Shown here piece after piece: positions 28,820 through 38,318 of a stretch of DNA of 64,000 bases. Each line of letters starts with the position of its first letter. Within the stretch, counting starts at the first letter, position 1. Source of the DNA: an uncultured Planctomycetales bacterium (GTDB lineage: Bacteria > Omnitrophota > Gorgyraeia > Zapsychrales > Fredricksoniimonadaceae); assembly GCA_964483785.1 (NCBI GenBank), contig CAZACW010000002.1, forward strand, positions 16,666 to 80,665. Direction: 5' to 3'. The position numbers and the translations under genes are program-made. The notes below the pieces were generated by a model. It searched no databases, was not told the origin of the DNA, and worked only from the letters and a program-made list of their open reading frames with translations.

Positions 28820-30282
28820 ACACGACCCAGGTCCAGGAGAAGAAAATAAGCTCGGCAGCCCCGCTGAAATTTTCCGATATCAAGGAACCGGATCTTTTTG
28901 CCCTGGTTTTTTATAAGGGCGGCGGCACCAAGCTTTTTCACAGTTATCTCGATTCCCATCCGGAAATCTACAATATCCCGGCCTTTCCCTTGCTGTATTT
29001 TTATCCGCACTGGAGGCAATGGCAGGAACAATACCAGGAAGTCTGGGACTGGGAGACCATCATCCATATTTTCTGCCTCAAGCACGCTTCGGTGATCAAT
29101 TCCAGCAAGATCCCGGGCTTAAGCGGTTTGGCGGGCCTGGGCGAAGGCCAAAACGAGAACATCGCCATCGACGGGGAGGAGTTCCGGCGCCATCTCAAAA
29201 ATCTTCTGCGCGAAGAGCCGGTGCGCCGCAGGACCTTTTTATTGTCCGTCTTTTACGCCTACGCGCTGTGCAAGGGCGAGGACCTCACCACCAAGAAGGC
29301 CATGCTGTGGCACCATCACATGATCCCTTACCTGGAAGATTTCCTGAGCGATTTTCCCGACGCCAAGATCATGGGGATGATCAGGGACCCCAGGATCAAG
29401 ATCTACTCCATGGTCCAGCAGGACATCAAGACCGACCTGATCAAGCTCAGCCTCACCGATGCCATGATTTACCGCTCGAACGTGTTTTACCAGCAGATCA
29501 AGGTCCTTTTGATAACGACCCTGCATTTCTTGCGCCTCAAGGTCCCGGGCGGGGTTTATTTTGTGCGGCATGAGGACTTGGCCTCAGACCTTTCCCGGGT
29601 GATGAAAAGGGTGGCGGATCTGACCGGCATCAAGTTCCAGGATTCCATGCTGGAATGCACCTTCGACGGGAAATTATGGTGGGGGCATGAGATCCATGCC
29701 ATGCCCAAGGTGGGGCAGGCCGCCTCCGACGCTGAAAGGGCCAAGAAAATGTCGCAGGAGGCCTTAAAGAGGGTGCTCTCAACCTCCTGGCAGAAACAAA
29801 AGCCCGGCTGGGAAATTTTTGTCCTGGAAGGGCTGGACTATGATTTTCTCAAAGAATACGGCTATACGCCGCTGTATTACAAACAGGACACCTGGGGGGA
29901 AAGGCTGGCGCTGTGTGCCGCGGTCTGGGTCCCTTTTAGGATGGAGATCGAAGACACCTGGTTTTATTTAAACCCGGCCAACCATATCAAACTCATTACC
30001 GCGGCCTGGCAGGAAGCGACGGGCACTCTCAAGCGCAAATATTACGGCTTTAGCGCCACGTATCTTTTCAAGCACAGTTATAAGGCCTTTCATCTATGGA
30101 ACAAGCCGTGGCTCGTTCAAAAAATAGAGCGGGTCCCGGTGCTTAATGTCATCTACACCTATTTGCGCTTTTGGCTGGCCATCTGTCTTTTGCCTTTGCT
30201 GTATCTGCGGCGCATCGCCCTGTTTTATTACATTTTTTTCCGCCGCCTTTTCAAGGGGTCTTTCCTGGCCGCACAAATTTAA
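28816..30282 (+). CDS. Sulfotransferase-family protein with a C-terminal hydrophobic tail
   Basis: YKGGGTKLF is a 5'-phosphosulfate-binding K-x-G-T-like motif and MIRDPRIKIYS is a 3'-phosphate-binding RDP motif. The last about 60 aa are hydrophobic. Confidence 0.6.
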   Translation: MNTTQVQEKKISSAAPLKFSDIKEPDLFALVFYKGGGTKLFHSYLDSHPEIYNIPAFPLLYFYPHWRQWQEQYQEVWDWETIIHIFCLKHASVINSSKIPGLSGLAGLGEGQNENIAIDGEEFRRHLKNLLREEPVRRRTFLLSVFYAYALCKGEDLTTKKAMLWHHHMIPYLEDFLSDFPDAKIMGMIRDPRIKIYSMVQQDIKTDLIKLSLTDAMIYRSNVFYQQIKVLLITTLHFLRLKVPGGVYFVRHEDLASDLSRVMKRVADLTGIKFQDSMLECTFDGKLWWGHEIHAMPKVGQAASDAERAKKMSQEALKRVLSTSWQKQKPGWEIFVLEGLDYDFLKEYGYTPLYYKQDTWGERLALCAAVWVPFRMEIEDTWFYLNPANHIKLITAAWQEATGTLKRKYYGFSATYLFKHSYKAFHLWNKPWLVQKIERVPVLNVIYTYLRFWLAICLLPLLYLRRIALFYYIFFRRLFKGSFLAAQI

Positions 30283-30300
30283 AACGCAGGGAGGTAAGGT

Positions 30301-30816
30301 TTGATCCAGCGCAACATGACCTTATGGCTGACCGGACGTCCTTGTTCCGGCAAAACCAGCATATCGAAACAGCTGAAAATGGAATTGGCCAGCCGCGGGA
30401 TCCACGCGGTCTGCATGGACGGAGACGCGGTGCGCCATGGCTTAAACAAGGACCTGGGCTTCTCGCCCCAAGACCGTCAGGAAAATCTGCGGCGCGTGGC
30501 CCATGTCTGCGAACTTTTTAACGCCAACGGGATTTTTGTCATCGCCGCCTTTGTCTCGCCGACCAATGATTTGAGGGAGATGGTCAGGGGCCTCATCACC
30601 CATTTTAAATTGTGCTATGTGTCCTGCCCTTTGGAAGCGGCGGAGGCGCGGGATGTCAAAGGCATGTATAAAAAAGCCCGCTTGGGCATCATCAAAGAAT
30701 TCACCGGCATTTCGGCGCCGTTCGAAGAGCCGGGCCATCCCGAGATCGTGGTGGAATCCAGCCAAGCAACAGCCGCTGAATGCGTCAAGCGGATCATGGA
30801 CAAACTCGAGCAATGA
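30301..30816 (+). CDS. cysC: Adenylyl-sulfate (APS) kinase
   Basis: P-loop LTGRPCSGKTS plus APS-kinase core motifs. The product is 171 aa with a TTG start. An SD-like GGGAGG lies 8 nt upstream. Confidence 0.85.
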   Translation: MIQRNMTLWLTGRPCSGKTSISKQLKMELASRGIHAVCMDGDAVRHGLNKDLGFSPQDRQENLRRVAHVCELFNANGIFVIAAFVSPTNDLREMVRGLITHFKLCYVSCPLEAAEARDVKGMYKKARLGIIKEFTGISAPFEEPGHPEIVVESSQATAAECVKRIMDKLEQ

Positions 30817-31613
30817 CCATGGCCTTAAAACAGGGATCGGAGTTATTGATGGAGGCGCTGGCCGTAAGCAAGCAGGCTGGTGAGGCCATTCTCGGCATTT
30901 ATGACAAGGGATTTGAGACATCCTTCAAGGACGATCAATCGCCCTTGACCTCGGCAGACACAGCCTCCCATGCGGTGATCCTGCGCGGGTTGCGGGCCTT
31001 GACGCCGGAGCTTCCTGTTTTTTCGGAAGAATCAGAATCCATCGCGTATGCAACCAGGCGGCTATGGAAGGAATACTGGCTGGTGGACCCGCTCGACGGC
31101 ACCAAGGAATTCATCAAGCGAAACGGAGAATTCACCGTCAATATCGCCTTGATCAGGGAGTGCCGGCCGGTACTTGGGGTGGTTTATGCCCCGGCATTGG
31201 GAGTCGCGTATTTTGCCCGGCAGGGTCAGGGGGCTTTTAAGCAGGGCAAGTCCGGAGAAATCAGCCCAATCGCCGTTGACCAAGACACGGGCCGGGGATT
31301 GAACATAGTGGCCAGCCGTTCCCATCAGGGCCAGGAAGATGCGTTTTTAAAACGATTGGGCGCCCACACTTGTTTGAACATGGGCTCATCGCTGAAATTT
31401 TGCCTGGTGGCTGAGGGCCGGGCCCATCTTTATCCGCGTTTTTTACCCACCAGCGAGTGGGACACGGCCGCGGCCCAGTGTGTCGCCGAGGAAGCAGGCG
31501 CGGCGGTCACGGATTTGCAGGGACAGAGGCTTTTGTATAACAAAGAAAATCTGCTCAATCCTTTTTTTGTGGCCAGTAGTTTGCCCAAGGAGCAATGGAT
31601 GCAGGCCCTATGA
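30813..31613 (+). CDS. cysQ: 3'(2'),5'-bisphosphate nucleotidase (PAP phosphatase)
   Basis: Inositol-monophosphatase-fold motifs WLVDPLDGTKEF and the C-terminal EWDTAAAQ. The ATGA start overlaps the cysC stop. Confidence 0.8.
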   Translation: MTMALKQGSELLMEALAVSKQAGEAILGIYDKGFETSFKDDQSPLTSADTASHAVILRGLRALTPELPVFSEESESIAYATRRLWKEYWLVDPLDGTKEFIKRNGEFTVNIALIRECRPVLGVVYAPALGVAYFARQGQGAFKQGKSGEISPIAVDQDTGRGLNIVASRSHQGQEDAFLKRLGAHTCLNMGSSLKFCLVAEGRAHLYPRFLPTSEWDTAAAQCVAEEAGAAVTDLQGQRLLYNKENLLNPFFVASSLPKEQWMQAL

Positions 31614-32917
31614 AAGATTCCGGAATCCAACAACACTCGGCCCTGGCAACCCGCGAGAATGTCTGGGAGAATATCCGTTCAGGGAAAAAGCTCCATTTAG
31701 CCGAGATCATCAGCAGGCAATGGAAACAGATTCAGCAGGGAGGGGTTGGTGTCTGGTGCAAGAAATTTTGGATGATGCTGATGGTCGTGCTGGCCCTGCC
31801 CGTGGCCTTGATCATCCGTCTGGTCAGGCCCTTTATCCTTATCCGTTTTGGGGACCTTAATGCCACCCGTCTGGGGCATTTTGCCACGAACACGGCCCTG
31901 TATACGGCCTATCGTCATTGTTCACGCTCAAATACACTCGACATCTTCTATTATACGACGCCGATTTCCAATCATCAGATGAAGAAGATGTGGGACAGGA
32001 CCCTGCTCATCTGCCCCCTGGCCCGCTGGTGGGAAAAAGCCAATATGGTCCTTCCTGGAGCCAAGGCCCATATCATCAGAGAACATTTGGACGGCAGGGA
32101 TGCCCGGGGAGTTTATGAAAAGTCCCCCATCCCGGTCTCCTTTAGCGCCGATGAAGAAAAGCAGGCGCAGGAAGCCCTTGGCCGCTTAGGCCTGCCTAAG
32201 GGAGCTTTTTTTGTCTGCTTTCATGCCCGCAGCCCGGTTTACCTTGATAAATATCTGCCCCAATTCGACCACCGCTACCATGATTTCCGGGATTCAGATA
32301 TCATGACTTATCAAATGGCTGTCCAGGAACTGATACGTCGAGGGTATTATTGCATCCGCATGGGGATGAATGAACCGGACCCGTTTCCCCTTCAAGACCC
32401 CAAACTGATCGATTATGCGATTTTAGGCCGGGATGAATTATTGGACATCTATCTGCCGGCCAAATGCCATTTCTTTTTAGGGACAGCCTGCGGGCTGACC
32501 TCCATTCCCCGCCTGTTCAAGAGGCCGATTGCCTGGGTCAATTATATTCCTTTAAGTCTGGCACACAGCTGGGACAGCCGATCCTATTTCATCCCTAAAA
32601 AAATTTGGTTAAAGTCAGAGAAAAGATTCTTGAATTTCAAGGAAATGCTCTCTCCTCCCTGGAGTAATGAACGGGTGAACATCAATTTTGAGGAAGCGGG
32701 GATTGAACCTGTCAACAATACGCCGCAAGAGATTGCTGACCTGGCCAGGGAAGTCGAGGAGCGATTAGGCGGCCGCTGGAAGGCCTCTTCTCAAGACGAG
32801 GCCATGCAGGAGAAATTTTGGTCCCTTTTTCGTAAGGACCGCATTTATCACGATGTGATCAGGGCCAGGATCGGCACCCAATTTTTGCGGGACCATCAAC
32901 ACTTGCTGGAGGCTTAA
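31595..32917 (+). CDS. Hypothetical protein, possibly a TIGR04372-type surface-carbohydrate glycosyltransferase
   Basis: A 440-aa soluble-looking protein with one N-terminal hydrophobic segment. Only its position in the glycan locus supports the call. An alternative start lies at 31610. Confidence 0.3.
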   Translation: MDAGPMKDSGIQQHSALATRENVWENIRSGKKLHLAEIISRQWKQIQQGGVGVWCKKFWMMLMVVLALPVALIIRLVRPFILIRFGDLNATRLGHFATNTALYTAYRHCSRSNTLDIFYYTTPISNHQMKKMWDRTLLICPLARWWEKANMVLPGAKAHIIREHLDGRDARGVYEKSPIPVSFSADEEKQAQEALGRLGLPKGAFFVCFHARSPVYLDKYLPQFDHRYHDFRDSDIMTYQMAVQELIRRGYYCIRMGMNEPDPFPLQDPKLIDYAILGRDELLDIYLPAKCHFFLGTACGLTSIPRLFKRPIAWVNYIPLSLAHSWDSRSYFIPKKIWLKSEKRFLNFKEMLSPPWSNERVNINFEEAGIEPVNNTPQEIADLAREVEERLGGRWKASSQDEAMQEKFWSLFRKDRIYHDVIRARIGTQFLRDHQHLLEA

Positions 32918-32929
32918 GAAGGGTCGACG

Positions 32930-34702
32930 ATGAAAGTTTTTCAATTTAGCAAAGAATTATTTGCCAAATACCCCAGGTATTGCCTTATCAGCATTGCCTT
33001 AAACGTCGCCCTCAGTTTTTTTGCGGTCTGCTCCTTGTTCAGCCTCGGACCTATTGTTGACCTTTATATCCATCCCGACCGATTGTCCCAGCTGAGCCCC
33101 TTGACCCAGAAGGTCATTCATGTGATGGGCTTTTTCCATATGCCTGTAAACCTGAAAAGTTGGCTGTTTGTATTTATGGCCTTTGTCACGGTCAGCTGCG
33201 TTTTCCAGGTTTTAGGCTGGCAATCCGTCCTGGCCTTGAAATATACCGTCCAAAAAGACATTATCCTGGGCTCGTTTGAAGATTTTTTCAATGCCAGGTG
33301 GCCTTTTTTCAGCAGCAGCGAGCACGGCACCCTGTACAACACTTTTTATCGGGAACTTAATCAATTGGGCAATGCCTTCAGCGCCATGGGGCAGGCCTTT
33401 GCCGGGATCGTGCAGGTGGTCATCCTCTTAGTCGTTCCGTTTTTGATTTCATGGCAGGTCACGCTGTTGTCCTTAAGCGCGGGGCTGGCTTTTTCCTCGG
33501 TTTTTTTGTTGATCGGCTCATGGGCCTATAGGCTGGGTAAAAAAAATACGGAGGTCTCCAACAGGCTGACGGCCCTGATCCATGAGAGCATCAGCGGGGC
33601 CAAGCTGGTCTTGGGATACAGCAATCAAAAACGCCTGCTCGCCGATACCCAGGAAGCCTACCAGGCCATTGTCAGGCCGGCCATTGAGACACAGGTCTTG
33701 AATTATGCCATTGTCATCGCTTACCGGCCTTTGGGGGTGGTCGTCGTGGTTGTGGCGATCATCGCTTCCAGTTTTTTTGCCGTTCCTATTTCGGACATTG
33801 CGGTCCTGTTTTTGGCCTTGTTTCAGGTGATGATCTCTTTGGGCAATGTGATGGGACAAAAAAACACCATCATGAACCTGATCCCCAGTTACGAACAGAT
33901 CATGAGGCTTAGAATGAAAGCGCAGAGCATGCGCCAGCCTACCGGGGAAAGGCCATTCACCGGTCTGCATGTGGACATTCAGATGAGGGATATCTCCTTT
34001 TCCCATCCCGGGCACCCCAAGGTTTTGGACGGGATCCAGGTGACCATTCCCAAGGGCCGGATGATCGCCTTTGTCGGCAAATCCGGGGCTGGAAAGTCGA
34101 CCTTGATTGACATGCTGATGGGCTTTTATCAACCTGAATCCGGGGGGATATGGGTGGACGGGATCAACCTGTTTGACCTTGACATAGCTACCTACCGCCG
34201 CAGGCTCGGCTATGTTCCCCAGGAGAGCCAGTTGTTTGACATGAGTATCAGGGACAATTTAAGATGGGTTTCTCCTCAGGCCAGCCGCCAGGACATTGAA
34301 AATGCCTGCCGCCAGGCGTATGCCCATGAATTCATTGAAAAGATGCCCCAACACTATGATACCGTTGTCGGGAACAGAGGTGTCCGCCTTTCCGGCGGCC
34401 AGATCCAGCGCCTGGCTTTGGCCAGGGCCTTTTTGCGCAATCCGGATATCCTTATTTTGGATGAGGCCACCAGTTCTTTGGACAGCCATTCCGAACAATT
34501 GATCCAGAGGGCGATTGAGAATTTCGCGCAACAATCGACGGTGGTCATCGTGGCCCACCGGCTCACCACGATCAAAAAGGCGGATTTGATTTATGTCCTG
34601 CATGAGGGCAGGGTGATCGAACAGGGCGGCTACAATGACCTGGCGGAGCAAAACGGCATGTTCGCGGGCATGGTCCAATTGCAGGAATTGGGGTTGAATT
34701 GA
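32930..34702 (+). CDS. ABC exporter, fused permease plus ATPase (MsbA/lipid-linked-glycan exporter type)
   Basis: Six-transmembrane-helix N-terminal half, then Walker A (GKSGAGKST), the ABC signature (LSGGQIQR) and Walker B (ILILDEAT). Confidence 0.9.
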   Translation: MKVFQFSKELFAKYPRYCLISIALNVALSFFAVCSLFSLGPIVDLYIHPDRLSQLSPLTQKVIHVMGFFHMPVNLKSWLFVFMAFVTVSCVFQVLGWQSVLALKYTVQKDIILGSFEDFFNARWPFFSSSEHGTLYNTFYRELNQLGNAFSAMGQAFAGIVQVVILLVVPFLISWQVTLLSLSAGLAFSSVFLLIGSWAYRLGKKNTEVSNRLTALIHESISGAKLVLGYSNQKRLLADTQEAYQAIVRPAIETQVLNYAIVIAYRPLGVVVVVVAIIASSFFAVPISDIAVLFLALFQVMISLGNVMGQKNTIMNLIPSYEQIMRLRMKAQSMRQPTGERPFTGLHVDIQMRDISFSHPGHPKVLDGIQVTIPKGRMIAFVGKSGAGKSTLIDMLMGFYQPESGGIWVDGINLFDLDIATYRRRLGYVPQESQLFDMSIRDNLRWVSPQASRQDIENACRQAYAHEFIEKMPQHYDTVVGNRGVRLSGGQIQRLALARAFLRNPDILILDEATSSLDSHSEQLIQRAIENFAQQSTVVIVAHRLTTIKKADLIYVLHEGRVIEQGGYNDLAEQNGMFAGMVQLQELGLN

Positions 34703-34728
34703 TATGCATTCGAGCGTAAGGAGTGAAG

Positions 34729-35706
34729 ATGCGTAAGGTCCTGATTACAGGGGCGGGGGGTTTTATCGGTTCGCATTTGACGGAACTCTGCGTGAAGCAG
34801 GGGGTCAAGGTGCGCGCCATGGTCCATTACAACGCGAAGAACCATTGGGGCTGGCTCGAGGATTCCCCGGTCAAAAACAAGATCGAGGTCGTCTGCGGCG
34901 ATGTGCGGGACTATGATTTTGTCTTTAATCAGCTTAAAGGCTGCGACACGGTCTTTCACCTGGCGGCCTTGATCGGCATTCCGTATTCCTATATTTCTCC
35001 CATGGCCTATATCAAGACCAACGTGGAAGGGACCTATAATGTCCTTCAAGCGGGCAAGGACAGGGGCACCAAGAATTTGGTCCTCACCTCGACGAGCGAG
35101 ACCTACGGGAGCGCGCAATATGTGCCCATCGACGAGAAGCACCCGGCCAATGCCCAGTCCCCTTATGCGGCCACCAAGGTCGCGGCTGACCAGCTGGCCT
35201 TGAGTTTCCATCGTTCCTTCGGCCTTCCGGTCAAGATCGTGCGGCCTTTCAATACCTATGGCCCGCGCCAATCCGCCCGGGCCATCATTCCCACCGTGAT
35301 CACCCAGATCCTCAACGGCAAAAACACCCTGCACTTGGGCAATCTGGGTCCGAGCAGGGACCTGACCTTTGTAGAAGACACCGCCAAAGGTTTTTGGGCC
35401 GCGGCCAAGGCGCCCTGTGCCGGCGAGGTGCTCAATCTTGGGATGAATGAGGAAATCACGGTCGCTGAATTAAGCCGGTTGATCGCAGGGCTGATGCAAA
35501 CAAAGATCCGCATCCGGCAGGAGAGGGTCAGGGTGCGCGCCTCTTCCAGCGAGGTCAGCCGGCTGCGCTGTGATAACCGCAAGATGAGAAGCCTTACGGG
35601 CTGGAAGCCGCAGTTCAGCCTGGAACAAGGCCTGCGCAAAACCATTGAATGGTTTAAAAAGCCCGGGACATTGTCCCTTTATAAGGCGGAATTGTATAAT
35701 GTCTAA
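34729..35706 (+). CDS. NAD-dependent nucleotide-sugar epimerase/dehydratase (extended SDR)
   Basis: ITGAGGFIGSH motif and a YAATK catalytic region. An SD (AGGAG) lies 5 nt upstream. Confidence 0.8.
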   Translation: MRKVLITGAGGFIGSHLTELCVKQGVKVRAMVHYNAKNHWGWLEDSPVKNKIEVVCGDVRDYDFVFNQLKGCDTVFHLAALIGIPYSYISPMAYIKTNVEGTYNVLQAGKDRGTKNLVLTSTSETYGSAQYVPIDEKHPANAQSPYAATKVAADQLALSFHRSFGLPVKIVRPFNTYGPRQSARAIIPTVITQILNGKNTLHLGNLGPSRDLTFVEDTAKGFWAAAKAPCAGEVLNLGMNEEITVAELSRLIAGLMQTKIRIRQERVRVRASSSEVSRLRCDNRKMRSLTGWKPQFSLEQGLRKTIEWFKKPGTLSLYKAELYNV

Positions 35707-36841
35707 ACCCATTGAAATGGATGCCCCTTGTCTGGGGGAGGCCGAGAAGAAATATCTGAGTAAGGCCATTGATTCCGGCTTTGTTTCGTCGGCCGGCCCT
35801 TTTGTCCCTGAATTTGAAGCCAAGGTGGCGGCCTTTTTAAAGGTCTCCTCAGCCGTGGCCCTGCAAAGCGGCACAGCCGCGATCCACATGGCCCTGGTGG
35901 CCGCAGGCATCGGACCAGGGGACGAGGTGATTGTGCCTTCCTTGACTTTCGCGGCGACCGTCAATCCCATTTTATATGTGGGCGCGGTGCCGGTGATCGT
36001 GGATGTTGATCCCGCGACATGGAATATCGATCCTGTCAAAATCAAGGCGGCCCTGACTAAAAAGACCCAGGCCATCATCCCAGTGCATGTCTACGGCAAT
36101 CCCTGCGCCATGGATGAAATCATGGGCCTGGCGGCCCGGCACGGGTTTGCCGTCATCGAAGATGCAACGGAAAGCCTGGGCGCGGAATTTTTGGGAAAAC
36201 CCGCCGGCACCTTCGGTGATTTCGGCTGTTTGAGTTTTAATGGCAATAAAACCATCACCACCGGGGGAGGCGGCATGCTCGTCGGACAAGAGACCCAGCG
36301 CCTGGAACATGTCCGTTACCTGGCCAATCAGGCCAAGGACAAGGTCCAGCCGGGCTTTCATGCGGAAATGGGATTTAATTACCGCATGACCAACATCGAA
36401 GCGGCCTTGGGCCTGGCCCAATGCGGGAACATCGAGGCTTTTCTGGCCCGAAAAAGGAATTTCAGAAAAATCTATGAAAAGGCCCTGTTGCCCGTCAAAG
36501 GGGTAGGTTTCCAGGATAAACTGGACAATGCTGAGCCAAGCTGCTGGCTGACCTGCCTGCGTCTGCCTCAAGCGGTTCCATTAGGCCCCTTGATGGAGGC
36601 CTTACGGCAGAAGCATATCCCCACCAGAAGGGTGTTCATGCCTTTGCCTCAGATGCCTTATTTGAAGACATATGCCAAGGAATGTCCCCAGGCACAGGAC
36701 ATTTTTGAACATGGCCTTTGCCTGCCGTCTTCAACCATGAACACAGAAAAAGATATTGAGCAGGCGGCTGAAATTATCCGAAAGGTGATTGAAACATGCC
36801 TTCCCCATGGGTCCCCTTGCGTTTCAACAAAAACAATTTGA
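35699..36841 (+). CDS. DegT-family sugar aminotransferase (fourth paralogue, LegC/PglE/PseC-like)
   Basis: GIGPGDEVIVPSLTF motif and a GNKTITTGGGG region. Its start overlaps the epimerase stop. Confidence 0.85.
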   Translation: MSKPIEMDAPCLGEAEKKYLSKAIDSGFVSSAGPFVPEFEAKVAAFLKVSSAVALQSGTAAIHMALVAAGIGPGDEVIVPSLTFAATVNPILYVGAVPVIVDVDPATWNIDPVKIKAALTKKTQAIIPVHVYGNPCAMDEIMGLAARHGFAVIEDATESLGAEFLGKPAGTFGDFGCLSFNGNKTITTGGGGMLVGQETQRLEHVRYLANQAKDKVQPGFHAEMGFNYRMTNIEAALGLAQCGNIEAFLARKRNFRKIYEKALLPVKGVGFQDKLDNAEPSCWLTCLRLPQAVPLGPLMEALRQKHIPTRRVFMPLPQMPYLKTYAKECPQAQDIFEHGLCLPSSTMNTEKDIEQAAEIIRKVIETCLPHGSPCVSTKTI

Positions 36842-37239
36842 CCAAGTGGATGTGGATGTGCCAGCATCACGAGCATTTGGTCTGCGGCCGCAAGGTGGAC
36901 ATAGGCGCCTTCACCTATATCAATGCCAAGCACGGGGTGCATTTGGGGGATGAGGTGCAAATCGGGTCTCACTGTTCCTTGTATTCCGTCTCATCTATCG
37001 ACGGCAAGAAGGGGCCCATTACAATCGGCAAAAATTCCAGGATCGGGTCGCACTGCACCGTGATGCCGGGGATCACCATCGGGGACAATGCGGTCATCGG
37101 CGCCCATTCCTTTGTGAATAAAGACATCCCCTCCAATGCAACCGCATGGGGCGTGCCGGCCAGGGTCCAAAATAAAAAGCAGGGCAAGGCCAAGAACCGT
37201 GACGGACGGCACAAAGCCAAGGACCGTGAAAGAGACTGA
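36796..37239 (+). CDS. Hexapeptide-repeat (left-handed beta-helix) sugar N-acetyltransferase (PglD/LegH-like)
   Basis: Tandem [LIV]G-x-x-x-x hexapeptide repeats (IGSHCSL...IGKNSRIGSHCTV...IGDNAVIGAHS). The start codon is uncertain between 36796 and 36853. Confidence 0.65.
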   Translation: MPSPWVPLRFNKNNLTKWMWMCQHHEHLVCGRKVDIGAFTYINAKHGVHLGDEVQIGSHCSLYSVSSIDGKKGPITIGKNSRIGSHCTVMPGITIGDNAVIGAHSFVNKDIPSNATAWGVPARVQNKKQGKAKNRDGRHKAKDRERD

Positions 37240-38318
37240 TGGAGCGCTATAAAAAAATACAGATCAGACCGGGCTTCAGCATCAAACAGGCCTTTCAGCA
37301 CATGGATGCCATGGGTGAAAAGACCCTCGTGGTCATTGATGAAGGGCAGGCGATCCTAGGCACGGTCTCGGACGGCGATATCCGCCGCTGGATATTGAAA
37401 GGCCGGGAATTAAATGACAAGGTGACCTGTGTCCTCAATCCCCGTCCCGTACTGTTGAAGGAGGGCTTTGCCGGGCAAGAGGCGAAGGACCTGTTTTTAA
37501 AACACAAGATCGAATGCCTCCCGGTGGCGGATGCCGCCAACCGGATGGTGTCCTGCGTGTTTTGGGCCGACCTGTTTGAAAAAAAGCAGATTGTCTCCCA
37601 TGCCCTGAAGCTGCCCGTGGTGATCATGGCCGGCGGCGAGGGCGTCCGGCTGCACCCTTTCACCAAGATATTGCCCAAACCCTTGATGCCCATCGGCGAG
37701 AAGCCGATCATTGAAGTGATCATCGACCGTTTTCTGGAATACGGCTGCGAAGATTTTTACCTGTCCCTGAATTATAAATCGAATTTGATCAAGGCGTATT
37801 TCAATGATTTTGAGCACCGGTATAAAATCAATTATGTGCAGGAAAGCAAGCCTTTGGGCACGGCCGGGGGCCTTCATCTGTTAAGAAACAAGATCAAAAA
37901 GACCTTGTTCGTCAGCAATTGCGACATCCTCATCGAGGCGGATTACGCGGACGTCTTGAAATTCCACCGCCAGAAGAACAACAAAATCACCCTTGTCACC
38001 TCCATGAAAAATATGACCATCCCTTACGGGGTCTGCCGCATCCAGAACGGCGGGATTTTAAAAGGCATCCGCGAAAAGCCTGAATATGATTTCCTGGTCA
38101 ATACCGGGATGTATGTGCTGGAGCCATCGGTCCTGAAACAAATCCCTTCCAGCCGCTATTACAATATTACGGATTTGATCAATCATTATCTTTCCCTCGG
38201 GGAAAAAGTCGGGGCCTATCCGGTATCGGAAAAGTCCTGGCTGGACATCGGGCAGATAGAAGTGCTGCATGAAGCGCTGAAAAAATTTGAGCTCAGGGAA
38301 AGGGCGGCGGATGTCTAA
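37239..38318 (+). CDS. CBS-domain sugar-phosphate nucleotidyltransferase (PtmE-like)
   Basis: An N-terminal CBS pair is followed by a GGxGxRL nucleotidyltransferase motif (MAGGEGVRLHP). Confidence 0.75.
   Translation: MERYKKIQIRPGFSIKQAFQHMDAMGEKTLVVIDEGQAILGTVSDGDIRRWILKGRELNDKVTCVLNPRPVLLKEGFAGQEAKDLFLKHKIECLPVADAANRMVSCVFWADLFEKKQIVSHALKLPVVIMAGGEGVRLHPFTKILPKPLMPIGEKPIIEVIIDRFLEYGCEDFYLSLNYKSNLIKAYFNDFEHRYKINYVQESKPLGTAGGLHLLRNKIKKTLFVSNCDILIEADYADVLKFHRQKNNKITLVTSMKNMTIPYGVCRIQNGGILKGIREKPEYDFLVNTGMYVLEPSVLKQIPSSRYYNITDLINHYLSLGEKVGAYPVSEKSWLDIGQIEVLHEALKKFELRERAADV

Noticed and set aside
36796-36852. Alternative upstream start for the hexapeptide acetyltransferase, overlapping the DegT gene's end
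   Set aside because: Either start gives the same domain. I could not discriminate without an RBS, so I kept the longer ORF and flagged the uncertainty.
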